Positions 43,034 through 52,941 of a DNA stretch of 64,000 nucleotides are shown one piece after another; the first letter of the stretch is position 1; every line of letters starts with the position of its first letter. This DNA is from an uncultured Methanomicrobiaceae archaeon (GTDB lineage Archaea > Halobacteriota > Methanomicrobia > Methanomicrobiales > Methanoculleaceae). A program made the translations under genes and the position numbers. The DNA lies in assembly GCA_963826525.1 (NCBI GenBank), contig CAWGXH010000004.1, forward strand, positions 1,120,001-1,184,000. Reading direction: 5' to 3'. The notes beneath the pieces were generated by a model. It was not told where the DNA came from, did not search any database, and was given only the letters and a program-made list of their open reading frames with translations.

Positions 43034-44005
43034 TCAGGGCTCCCGGGCGGGGCAGACAGTGTCGCAGGAAGCGCAGCCGTCTCCTGAACAGGGCTCTACG
43101 CGAATCGTAACGCTTGCACGCGGGAACTCTGTTTTCAGGTCGGATTCGAGGTGTTCGACCAGGTCGAACGACTCCTCCACACTCGATCCCCGGGCGACGA
43201 CGAGGTGGAGGTCGATGAAACGGTTCGGGCCGGAGCGGCGGGTGCGCAGGGCGTGAAACCCGACGTAATCGGAGCAGTGATCGCAGATGATCCTCCGTAT
43301 CCGCCCCTCCTCCTCAGGTGGGAGGCTCTGATCGACGATATCGGCGAGCGAGCGGCGGGTCAGATCGAACGCAGCCTTCAGAATGATGGCCGCAACGCCG
43401 AGGGCAACCAGGGGATCGAGTATCGTGAGGCCGGTCACCCGGATCAGGACGAGCCCCGCAAAGACGCCGAGCGACGTATACACGTCTGTCCGGAGGTGCC
43501 ATGCATCGCTCTCGAGCGCGATGGACTCGGTCTCTTTCGCGACGTGCATAAGGCGGGTCGAGACGAACCAGTTGAGCACCGCCGAGAGTGCCATGATGCC
43601 GATACCGATGCCGAGCGCCTCGGTTGCGAGCGACTCCTCGCCCGTGAGGAGAGTCTGTACGGCTTCGTTAATGATCAGCAGGGCGGCGACGAAGATGAGC
43701 AGCGCCTCGATGAGGCCGGAGATGCTCTCGTACTTGCCGTGGCCGAAGGCGTGGCATTGGTCGGGGGGCTGGCCGGATCGCCTGACCGCGAAGTAGGCGA
43801 TAAGCGCTGCGATCAGGTCTATCCCCGAATGGATCGCTTCGGATATGATACCGACCGAGCCGATAGCGATGCCGACACCGAGTTTGGCAAACACCAGAAA
43901 GGTATTCGACGCGATTGAGAGGCGAGCCGTCTTCTGTTTCAGGGCATCAGTATCCGCTGGCGCGGGGGAACCGGCATTCCCGCCGAAAAATTTCGCCGTT
44001 TCCAT
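43034..44005 (-). CDS. Cation diffusion facilitator (FieF-like) transporter
   Basis: SEAIHSGID, HAFGHGKYE, DAWHLRTD, LRTRRSG. Confidence 0.92.
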   Translation of the reverse strand: METAKFFGGNAGSPAPADTDALKQKTARLSIASNTFLVFAKLGVGIAIGSVGIISEAIHSGIDLIAALIAYFAVRRSGQPPDQCHAFGHGKYESISGLIEALLIFVAALLIINEAVQTLLTGEESLATEALGIGIGIMALSAVLNWFVSTRLMHVAKETESIALESDAWHLRTDVYTSLGVFAGLVLIRVTGLTILDPLVALGVAAIILKAAFDLTRRSLADIVDQSLPPEEEGRIRRIICDHCSDYVGFHALRTRRSGPNRFIDLHLVVARGSSVEESFDLVEHLESDLKTEFPRASVTIRVEPCSGDGCASCDTVCPAREP

Positions 44006-44147
44006 TACCCACATAGGTTATGGAGTGATCCGGGATAGGGTTTTCGTCCCTGCCCTTTGGAGTTTCCCCGCGGAGCGGACCGCCGCTCTCCTGCAGGAGG
44101 GTGGGGGTTATTCGGCTGTGGTGAGCCGGGAATCATGCTCTCCCGAC

Positions 44148-45593
44148 CTACTCCACCGTGAAGATGATGAGCGAATCGGTGCCCGCATACCCGGGCGATA
44201 TGCCTTCGGTGAGCACCACCCGCTCGCCATGCCCGATAATCCCCGACTCCCGGATAAAGTCGAGCATCGCGCCGTGCCAGTACTCCTCCTCGCTCAGGAT
44301 GAGAACCGAGTATACGCCGTAGGAGAATGCCAGAAACTTGTGGGTACTCGGATTTCTGGTAAATGCGAGTATCCAGGCATCCGGCTTGAACCGGGAGATG
44401 TGGCGGGGTGTTGCCCCGCTCCGGGTCGGTGTCAGGACATACCTGATCCCGAGCGCTTCCATCGACTCGATAACGTTTAAGGAGACCACGTCGCTGATCG
44501 TGATTCCCACTCTGCCCCTCCCTCTCCTGAAGTAGTCGACAAGGCCGCACCTCCCTGCGATACTTGAGCGCTTCTCTTCGATGTTTCGTGCGATCTTCAC
44601 CATCATCCCGACCGTCTCGACAGGGTAGCGGCCGACCGAGGTCTCTTCCGAGAGCATCACCGCATCAGTTCCGTCGAGGATGGCGTTTGCAACATCGGTC
44701 GCCTCGGCACGGGTCGGGCGGATGTTGTCGGTCATCGATTCGAGCATCTGCGTGGCGGTTATCACCGGCCTGCCGAGCGTGGTGGCCTTGAGGATGATCT
44801 GCTTCTGCACGGCAGGAACCTCCTCGATGGGTATCTGTACGCCGAGATCGCCCCGCGCTATCATCACGCCGTCGGTCGCGGCCAGAATCTCGTCGAGGTT
44901 CTGCAGCGCCTCCTGCCGCTCGATCTTCGAGATGATATGGATGGATTTGCCCTTTCCCGCGGCGAAGTCACGTGCCTTCTCGATATCCGCGGCGCTCTGG
45001 ATGAAGGAGATGCTGAAGGTATCGAGCCCTTCGGAGAGGCCGAAATCGATGCACTCGAGATCGCGGTCGGTCACGGCGCTGACAGCCACGACTCCCTCGC
45101 CGCCGATCAGGCTCATGCCTTTGTGCGAGTGGAGCGGTCCTCCGATGACCACCAGGCAGCGGACATCCTCTCCGACAATCTCCTGTACCTGGAGCTGGAT
45201 GAACCCGTCGTTGAGGTAGATGATACTCCCTTTCGAAACGAGATCTGCGAACCGGGAAAAATCGACGGGTATCTCTCCAGGCTCATACTGGCCTTTTTTC
45301 GTGGTAAGGGTGACCACCCCGCCCTTCGAGAGATGCACCGGCTCCTCGGGAAGGGTGCCGATCCGGATCTTGGGGCCGGGCAGATCGATCAGGATCGAGA
45401 CCGGGAGGTCGGCTTCATCCGCCGCTCTGCGGATCTTCCTGATAGTCTCCCGGTGCTCATCGAATGTGCCGTGGGAGAGGTTGAGCCGGGCGACATTCAT
45501 GCCGCTCTCCACCATCTCCTTCAGCACCGGTACCGAATCGGATGCCGGGCCTATCGTGCATACAATCTTTGTTTTATGGTCCGGAAGTTTCAT
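44148..45593 (-). CDS. pyk: Pyruvate kinase
   Basis: TKIVCTIGPAS, RLNLSHG, DLPGPKIR, SKIE, MIARGDLG, ATQMLESM, RPTRAE. Confidence 0.97.
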   Translation of the reverse strand: MKLPDHKTKIVCTIGPASDSVPVLKEMVESGMNVARLNLSHGTFDEHRETIRKIRRAADEADLPVSILIDLPGPKIRIGTLPEEPVHLSKGGVVTLTTKKGQYEPGEIPVDFSRFADLVSKGSIIYLNDGFIQLQVQEIVGEDVRCLVVIGGPLHSHKGMSLIGGEGVVAVSAVTDRDLECIDFGLSEGLDTFSISFIQSAADIEKARDFAAGKGKSIHIISKIERQEALQNLDEILAATDGVMIARGDLGVQIPIEEVPAVQKQIILKATTLGRPVITATQMLESMTDNIRPTRAEATDVANAILDGTDAVMLSEETSVGRYPVETVGMMVKIARNIEEKRSSIAGRCGLVDYFRRGRGRVGITISDVVSLNVIESMEALGIRYVLTPTRSGATPRHISRFKPDAWILAFTRNPSTHKFLAFSYGVYSVLILSEEEYWHGAMLDFIRESGIIGHGERVVLTEGISPGYAGTDSLIIFTVE

Positions 45594-45744
45594 ACCTATC
45601 CGCTCCACGCTTATCCGGGCACCGGGGGTATCCCTGCAGTCACCTGTTCCGGTTCCCGTCGTTCATGGAGAGTGCCACAGCCAAAGAACCTATCGGTCTT
45701 CCGGGCGGTGGGGAGTGGATGCGGGCGCCGGGTGGTCCCGGGCG

Positions 45745-46960
45745 TCAGTTGCAGCCTGCCGTCCGGCCGGCGGCACGGAACAGTCCCGTCTCCGGAACGG
45801 TGACGGCGGAGAGGTCTCTTCCGCTCTCGGCACTGTACTCGCGTATCCGCCGGTGCACGTGGTCGATCATGCCGCCGGACGTAATGATCAGCGAGCTCTC
45901 GCCGATGAGGCTTTTGAGGATGCACTTGTCGATGACGCCGTAGGTGAAGTCAAGGAGGATGAGTTCCCGGTTCGCAAACTCCTTCGCCCTGCTGCCCATC
46001 GCCCCGACGTGATCGATACCCCGCTCCTCGAAGAGTGACCGGAGTTCGTCGCCGCTGATGGTGTCGGCGTTGCAGACGTACACCGTCCCCATCGTATCGG
46101 GTTCGCCCCGGCGCGGCCCGTGGCCGTGAACGTGCTGCTCGATACGGTCGGTGAACTCGAGGACGCTCTTCGGCGGGGCTCGCTCTTCGACGATGCTCCT
46201 CGCCACGAGTTCGTGGTAGAGGTCGAGGATCCAGGGCGGTTTTAAGCGTGCCGCTCGTAGGAGCGAATGGTCGGAGAAGACTTCTTCAGGTGTTCCCCGT
46301 GCAAGGACCATGCCCTGCTCCATCAGAACGATGTGATCCGCCCACCTGTAGGCAAGTTCGACGTCGTGCGTCGAGATGATGATCGTCCTGCCGCCGGTGG
46401 CGAGTTCGTCGAGGAGACTCCATGATCTCTTCGGAGCTCGCGGGGTCGAGGGAACTCGTCGGCTCGTCGAAGACCAGTACGTCGGGCTCCATGGCAAGGA
46501 TTCCCGCGATCGCGACACGCTTCTTCTCGCCCCCGGAGAGGTGGTGGGGCGGCCTTTTTTCGTATCCGACGAGCCCGACGGCGGAGAGCGCACTCCGGAC
46601 GGCACGGTCTACGTCGTCCCGGGCGAGGCCGAGATTCACCGGGCCGAAGGCGACGTCCTGGTAGACCGTGGGAGCGATGATCTGGACATCGGGGTTCTGA
46701 AAGACGAGCCCGACGCGCCTCCGCAGTTCACGAAGCGCTCTGCCTGTGTATTCGATCGGCATCCCGTTGAAGAGGACGCTCCCGCTGTCGGGTTTGATCA
46801 TCCCGTTGAAGAGCTGGAAGAGCGTCGATTTTCCGGCACCGTTCGGGCCGACGAGAGCGACTTTCGAGCCCTGCATGATGCGGACGCCGACACCTTTGAG
46901 TGCCTCGGGCCCGTGTGGATATCGGTATCGTGCGTTCTGTATCTCGAGAATTGCTCCCAT
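45745..46960 (-). CDS. cbiO: Cobalt ECF transporter ATPase with C-terminal extension (frameshift ~46417)
   Basis: GPNGAGKST, LSGGEKKRVAIAG, DEPT, STHD; lies after cbiMNQ. Confidence 0.88.
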
Positions 46961-46970
46961 GGTAAGTCCC

Positions 46971-47753
46971 TCAGCACAATGTAATGTTCGCCGTCGTGCA
47001 GGAGATGCCCGCGACGACAGCCAGGTACAGCACGACCCCCAGCGCCCCGGCGAGCGAGGCGGGGGGTGCATCGTCGGCAAGCCCGAACTTGCCGTCGTAG
47101 CAGCGGGCATCCATGGCCCGCATCAGGTGTTCGCCGCTCTCCCATGTCCGCAGGAAGAGTGCTCCCGCAAGCATCCCGAACGATTGGATCGACTCCTTAA
47201 AGGTTCCGTACCCGAGGCGCATCCGCTGCGAGCGGTAGATCTGGCCGGCCTCATCGATGAGCACGAAGATGAACCGGTAGATGAGCATGGCGAGGTCGAC
47301 GAAGACGGACGGAAACCGGAGCCGCTGCATGATCGCAAAGATATCCGTCATCGGCGTGGTCAGGGATATGAAGAAGAGCGAGCACATGCCGCCGAGGACT
47401 CGTGCCGCCAGGAGGAGAGATAAGTTCGCTCCGCCGGTGGTGACGGTGAGTGCAAAGCCCGGAAGGGGTATACTAACCAGCACCGCTCCCCCGCCGGTGA
47501 GAAAGAGGATGACGGCGATGCTCATCACCGCGAACGAGGCCGGAACCATGAGCAGGCGGGCGTAGAACCGGAGCGGTATGCGGGCGAGTCCGATCGTTAC
47601 CGCCGAGAGGGAGACGGCAATGAAGAGCGGCGTAACCGGGCCTGGGGACGACACGCAGAGGAGAATGCTGCCTAGGCCGAGGAGTATCTTTACGGACGGG
47701 TTGACGTCCCGCAGCCCGTTCTCCTGGGCAAAGTCTTCGAGCAGTTGGTGCAT
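46971..47753 (-). CDS. cbiQ: Cobalt ECF transporter T component
   Basis: LTTP, LIYRFIF, AMDARCYDG. Confidence 0.9.
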   Translation of the reverse strand: MHQLLEDFAQENGLRDVNPSVKILLGLGSILLCVSSPGPVTPLFIAVSLSAVTIGLARIPLRFYARLLMVPASFAVMSIAVILFLTGGGAVLVSIPLPGFALTVTTGGANLSLLLAARVLGGMCSLFFISLTTPMTDIFAIMQRLRFPSVFVDLAMLIYRFIFVLIDEAGQIYRSQRMRLGYGTFKESIQSFGMLAGALFLRTWESGEHLMRAMDARCYDGKFGLADDAPPASLAGALGVVLYLAVVAGISCTTANITLC

Positions 47754-47813
47754 GGTCGGCGGCCACCTCCCTCTGTTGGATACGTAATAGTTTTCTACGG
47801 AAGAAGGGAAAAA

Positions 47814-48113
47814 TTACGTGGTTTTCCTGCTGCCGCGCCAGTAGCCGAAGAAGTAGCCGATGACGATCGCACCGATGGCGGCCTGCAGGGAGAAGAAGAG
47901 CGACTCGATCTCACCGCTCGGGGGCTCCCAGATCGGGCTGAACCAGGGTTCGTATCCCGATGCCTCGATGAGCTCGGCGGCGCCTCCGTCCGCTCCTCCC
48001 CAGGCTTCTTCTCCCTCGCCGAGGTTTGCCTGGATGGCTGCATTCTGAACCAGGAAGACTGCGGTAAAGATGATGATGATCGCCGCTACGGCGATCTCAA
48101 GCGCGAACTTCAT
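47814..48113 (-). CDS. cbiN: Cobalt transport protein CbiN
   Basis: [34 protein letters not shown]. Confidence 0.95.
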   Translation of the reverse strand: MKFALEIAVAAIIIIFTAVFLVQNAAIQANLGEGEEAWGGADGGAAELIEASGYEPWFSPIWEPPSGEIESLFFSLQAAIGAIVIGYFFGYWRGSRKTT

Positions 48114-48802
48114 GCCGCCGCCTCCTGCAGTCTCCGGATGGTGCTCTCGGAGAGGAGGTTGAGCTTCGTGAGTATCTCGGGTTTGAGCTGGACGATGTAC
48201 TTGAATACGAGCGCGATGACGGCACCTTCGACGATGGCGAGCGGGACCTGGGTGACCGCGAAGATCCCGGCGAACGCCTGGAATGCCGTGAAGAATCCTG
48301 CCTCACCGGGGAAGGCGAGCGCAAGCTGGACGGAGGTGACGACGTAGGTGAAGAGATCGGCGAGCGCGGCGGCGAGGAAGACGGTGACGTAGGTGTTGAT
48401 CCCGGCTTTCACCCCGCCCTTGTAGATGAGGTAGGCGACGATGGGTCCTGCGATTCCCATCGAGAAGACGTTTGCCCCGAGGGTCGTGATCCCCCCGTGC
48501 GCCAGGAAGAGCGCCTGGTAGATGAGGACGATAAGCCCGAGAACCGATGTAATGAACGGGCCGAAGAGAATGGCCCCAAGGCCCGTTCCGGTGGGGTGGG
48601 AGCAGCTCCCGGTCACCGACGGCAGTTTGAGCGATGAGAGGACGAAGACGAATGCGCCTGCTACGGCGAGAAGGGGCAGGGTCTCACGGTTTTCTTTCAC
48701 GAGTCTGTTCATCTGGTAAAGCCCGATGACAATGAACGGGATGGATACGGCAAACCATATCTCCCACCACGGGCTCGGCAAGAATCCTTCCATTATATGC
48801 AT
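48110..48802 (-). CDS. cbiM: Cobalt ECF transporter S component
   Basis: [10 protein letters not shown]-terminus, [19 protein letters not shown]. Confidence 0.95.
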   Translation of the reverse strand: MHIMEGFLPSPWWEIWFAVSIPFIVIGLYQMNRLVKENRETLPLLAVAGAFVFVLSSLKLPSVTGSCSHPTGTGLGAILFGPFITSVLGLIVLIYQALFLAHGGITTLGANVFSMGIAGPIVAYLIYKGGVKAGINTYVTVFLAAALADLFTYVVTSVQLALAFPGEAGFFTAFQAFAGIFAVTQVPLAIVEGAVIALVFKYIVQLKPEILTKLNLLSESTIRRLQEAAA

Positions 48803-48938
48803 GCTATCACCATAATCCTGGTCCGCCCGGCCTCCGGCCAGCAGAAGCAAATTTCTTTGTCTTAATGCAATAATATTTGTTATATGCCGGTTGTGTTAGG
48901 TCATATTTATTTTATCCGGTATTCAACAGTATTGACAC

Positions 48939-50276
48939 GTGACACTCGAGATTCCCCGGATAGTGATAGCAGGGACCCACAGCGGGTGTGGGAAGACGAC
49001 CCTCGCGAGCGGCCTGATGGCGGCGCTGACCGCCCGCGGCCATGCGGTGCAGCCTTTCAAGGTCGGACCGGACTTCATCGATCCGACACACCACACCGCC
49101 ATCTGCGGCAGACCCTCGCGCAACCTCGACCCCTACATTATGGGGAGGGAAGGCGTCCGGGCGGCGTTTGCCGCTGCGTGCAACGGTGCGGATATCGCCG
49201 TTATAGAAGGCGTGATGGGTCTCTATGACGGACTCGACGACACCGACGAAGCGAGCACGGCGGACGTCGCGAAGATCCTCGCCGCCCCGGTCATCCTTAC
49301 CGTGGACGTGAAAGGGATGAGCCGGAGCGCCCACGCACTGGTAGGAGGCTTTGCCGGGTTCGACCCGGCCTTGCATCTCGCCGGCGCCGTCTTCAACCGG
49401 GTCGGGAGCCCGCGCCACCGCTCCCTTATCGAGCACGGTCTTGCCCTGCCCGGCCTCGGGTGGCTGCCGGGGCGCGACGATCTCACCGTTGCGAGCAGGC
49501 ACCTCGGGCTCTCCATGGCGATCGAGACGGAGACGATGTCGGCGTTCGGAGAGGTCGTCGAGTCGTCCTGCGATCTCGACCGGATTGAGGAGATTGCAAA
49601 AAGAGCGCCGCCCCTCCCCTCCCCGAACACGCCCCCGGACGGCGTCGCGGAACCGGAGGCGACCATCGGTGTCGCGCGTGACCGGGCATTCTGCTTCTAC
49701 TACCAGGACAATCTCGAGCGGCTCATCGCTGCAGGAGCCGATCTCCGCTTCTTCTCGCCGATGACGGATCGCCTCCCGGAGGTCGACGCCCTGTACCTCG
49801 GCGGCGGCTACCCCGAGCTCCACGCCGCCGCTCTCTCGGCGTCCCGGTGCCGGGAGGATGTGAAACGTGCTGTGGACGACGGCATGCCGGTCTACGCCGA
49901 GTGCGGCGGCCTCGTCTACCTGACCGAAGAGATCGAGGGGGACGGGAGGTACCCGATGGTAGGAGTCCTCCCCGCCCGGGCGGAGATGACCCGCCGGATC
50001 CAGGGTCTCGGGTATGTAGAAGCCCGGGCGACCGCCGGCGGCGCACCGCTCCTTCCGGCCGGGACGGTCTTCCGGGGGCACGAGTTCCACTACTCGCGTC
50101 TCGACTGTGATGCCGACGCCCGGTTTTCGCTCTCGCTCTCCCGGGGGAAGGGGATCGAGGGCGGCCGCGACGGCCTCTTCGAGCAGAATACAGTGGGTCA
50201 GTACACGCACGCCTACTTCACGGGGGAGTGCGCAGAAGCCCTCGTGCGTGCGGCGGTGCGCTACCACCGGGCGTGA
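48939..50276 (+). CDS. cbiA: Cobyrinate a,c-diamide synthase
   Basis: SGCGKTT, FKVGPDFIDP, EGVMGLYDG, GGGYPE, YAECGG, GHEFHYS; divergent from cbiMNQO. Confidence 0.85.
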   Translation: MTLEIPRIVIAGTHSGCGKTTLASGLMAALTARGHAVQPFKVGPDFIDPTHHTAICGRPSRNLDPYIMGREGVRAAFAAACNGADIAVIEGVMGLYDGLDDTDEASTADVAKILAAPVILTVDVKGMSRSAHALVGGFAGFDPALHLAGAVFNRVGSPRHRSLIEHGLALPGLGWLPGRDDLTVASRHLGLSMAIETETMSAFGEVVESSCDLDRIEEIAKRAPPLPSPNTPPDGVAEPEATIGVARDRAFCFYYQDNLERLIAAGADLRFFSPMTDRLPEVDALYLGGGYPELHAAALSASRCREDVKRAVDDGMPVYAECGGLVYLTEEIEGDGRYPMVGVLPARAEMTRRIQGLGYVEARATAGGAPLLPAGTVFRGHEFHYSRLDCDADARFSLSLSRGKGIEGGRDGLFEQNTVGQYTHAYFTGECAEALVRAAVRYHRA

Positions 50277-50285
50277 GCGCTCGCA

Positions 50286-52020
50286 TCACCCGTAGTATTT
50301 TTTCAGGAACTCCCGCACCTTCTCCGACTCGATCCATCCGCGATCGAGTTCGTCGACGATCGCGTCGATGATCTTTGCGTTCTGTGTTATCTTCTCGCCG
50401 ATCACTCCTTCTTCCATCCCGGCGAGCCCGACGATGACCTGGAGGGGATTTCGGATCTGATCGTTGAGGATTGCGAACTGCTCGTAGTTCTTCTGGATCT
50501 GGCCGAATGCCCGCCGTTTGAGTTCATCCATCTGCTTTCGCTCGGTGACGTCACGGGCGATGGCGATGACGATGGGCTGGCCTTCGTGCATGACGAGGTG
50601 GGCGTTGACCTCGACGGGGATCTCCGTCCCGTCGGTGGCAAGGTGCTTCGTCTCGTAGAGGACGTGACGCTCCGCGAGGAGGCGGCGCATCACCTCCCGC
50701 ACCGTCGCCTCTTCGCCTTCCCCAACGATGGTGGAGGGTGGGTTGCTCTCGAGGAGATCCCGTTCGCATTTGAGCCGCCTGCATGCTTCATCGTTCACCT
50801 CGACGAACCGCTCCGGCATCCCGGTATCATCGACGGAGAAGACGTATACGGCGTCGTTTCCGCTGTTGAAGAAGAGGCGGTAGCGCTCCTCACTCTCAAT
50901 GAGGCGACCCTCGAGCCGTCTTTGCGCCGTCTCGAGGGCGCCAAGCATCCCGTTGATATCCGTTGCGAGCGAGGTTATCTCGTCGCTTCCCGGAACCGTG
51001 ACCCTGGCCGAGAAGTTTCTGCTCGATTCGATCCCGCTCACGGTCGTGCTCAGGAACGAGAGGCGGGAGAGAACCGTCCGGTCGAGGAGCAGGAGCGAAA
51101 TAAGGCCGAAGATGAGACCCACCGCTACCAGCGAGAGAACGAAGTAGGTGGTGCTGAGCGTTCCCTGAGCGTAGATCTCACGCGGGATGGCTAACCGGAG
51201 CAGAAATGCCGGCTCGCCGTAGATATCTCCGATGACGGCATATCCGCAGAGCGTATCGTCGTCCAGCGGTTCGATGGATGTTAAGACGTTCCCGATGACG
51301 GAGTCTCCGCTTCCCCGCTCGATGAACGTCGGCAGGCTTGCGGAGAGGATGTCTCTCGCTCTCCCGACGTCGGCGGGGATGCGCGGGTCGTCGTACCGAT
51401 ACAGGGTGACCGGGAGCGACGTGATCATCGCAATGCGGGTCACTTCTGTCTCGTCGAGGTACCGTCCCATAATGATCGTCCCGATCGGATCTCCGGTGCC
51501 GTGCCGGTCGATCACCGGGCGGGATGCTATCAGAAACGGTTGGTCGGCGAGCGGAAGGAGGCCCATCGTACCGGCCGGATGTGTTGCCGTGTTGACGAGC
51601 GGCATCTTTGCGGCAATATGGGGGAGGAGATCGGACGGTACCGGTACGGCCTCTCCTCTGGTCTGGTCGTACGCCCTGCCGGCGACGATCTCCCCCGAGT
51701 CGTTCAGGATGAGGATGAGGTTCACCCCGAGCCGTTCGAAGGTCGGATCGCTGATCTTTGCCCAGGTATCGTCGAGCGTGCGGCTCTCGAGGAGCCCGGC
51801 CGTCTCGTCCCACGATGCCGTCTCATAGGTGAGGGCATCGAGTGTATTGATATCGTTGAGGAGGGCGGAGACCATGCGTTCGACGTTCTGCCGGGCTTCC
51901 TCTTCTTCCACCTGTTCGAACCCTTTTAGTACCGAAGGCATCGGAAGCGATGTACAGGACGGCCATCAGCCCGATGAGCGTGATGGTTACGATGAGAATG
52001 GTCTTTGCCCGTATCTTCAC
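50286..52020 (-). CDS. Membrane sensor CHASE4-HAMP-PAS with truncated DHp-like tail (frameshift ~51935)
   Basis: MKIRAKT N-terminus (ORF 51823..52020), ASWDET, HAMP DEITSLA, PAS; ends NDQIRNPLQVIVG...LDRGWIESEKVREFLKKYYG*. Confidence 0.85.
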
Positions 52021-52183
52021 GGGGATCTGCTCCCTGAGCCGGAGAGAGGAGCGAGCGGCATCCGGCGTTACAATACAAAACGCCTCTTTCGGAGAAATAT
52101 GTTGTTACTTGTCCCGGCGTTTGTCTCTTGTTTGCCGGTTTTTTCCTTCGCTTTCAAAGAGAGGAAAGTTCGAGGGGAAGATT

Positions 52184-52813
52184 TTACTGCCCCGTCGAAT
52201 TCGTCTGCTGTGTCTGATTTACCCCTCCGACGATGATAGTGCCGGTCCACGCCGGGGCGGTTTGCGATGTGTAGTTGTAGGTGCCCGGGGTGACGAACGT
52301 CCAGGTGAAGGTCTCCCCGGGAGCGAGAAGGCCGGAGTCAAAGTTGCTGTCGATCCCTATGCCGGTGACGGTCTGGTTTGAGTTTGCTTCGTTCGTCCAG
52401 ACGACCATGCTGCCGCCCGGGACCTCAAGGGTTGCAGGGATGAAACCGCTCTGCACGATGCTCACCGAGTACGAGGATGCATTCAGGGCGGTGTAGGACG
52501 GTATTACCGGAGGCACTTCGGAGCTGGTCTCGTTCACCGTCATGTTCCCGGTCGCTGCCGTGGTCTCGTTCATCGTCATGTTCCCGGTCGTTGTCGGGGT
52601 CTCGTTCACCGTCATGTTCCCGGTCGTTGTCGGGGTCTCGTTCACCGTCATGGTCTCGTTCGCCATCACGGTCTCGGTCGGGGTCTCCATAGGTGTCCCC
52701 ATTGTCGTCGCAGTCGGTGTCTCAGTCCCGGTTGCATTGCCCTGGGGCTGCGTACATCCGGCGATGCAGATGCCGAGCACAAGGAGCCCGAGGATACCAT
52801 ACCATAGTTTCAT
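52184..52813 (-). CDS. Lipoprotein with Thr/Asn-rich repeat stalk and cupredoxin-like domain
   Basis: IAGC lipobox; F.PATLEV..G..V.WTN, FDSG.L.PGETF.WTF..PGTY.Y. Confidence 0.8.
   Translation of the reverse strand: MKLWYGILGLLVLGICIAGCTQPQGNATGTETPTATTMGTPMETPTETVMANETMTVNETPTTTGNMTVNETPTTTGNMTMNETTAATGNMTVNETSSEVPPVIPSYTALNASSYSVSIVQSGFIPATLEVPGGSMVVWTNEANSNQTVTGIGIDSNFDSGLLAPGETFTWTFVTPGTYNYTSQTAPAWTGTIIVGGVNQTQQTNSTGQ
52526..52660. repeat. 36-bp tandem repeat, 3 full copies plus partial (encodes approx. TTTGNMTVNETP)
   Basis: GGTCTCGTTCAcCGTCATGTTCCCGGTCGtTGtCGg units start at 52526, 52562 and 52598; partial copy at 52634. Confidence 0.9.
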
Positions 52814-52941
52814 GAAGGCAATCGATATATTTTGTTATTAATATACTTATCTCCTTATGGACGTGGGAGATACCGTTCCGTGCTCATGCGCTCCTCGCCT
52901 GCATGGAACCGGTCTGCAGGGAAAAGAGTTCCCGAAGGCGG

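Noticed and set aside
48803-48938. Cobalamin riboswitch or shared operator upstream of cbiM/cbiA and cbiT
   Set aside because: The regions are short and AT-rich with no B12-box; similarity between them is limited to TATA-like sequence.
48939-50276. Assignment as the F430 biosynthesis amidase CfbB
   Set aside because: Cannot be excluded without phylogeny, but linkage to cbiMNQO and the absence of cfb genes favour CbiA.
52526-52660. 36-bp repeats as a CRISPR array
   Set aside because: The units are contiguous with no unique spacers, in-frame within a lipoprotein gene, and no cas genes are present.
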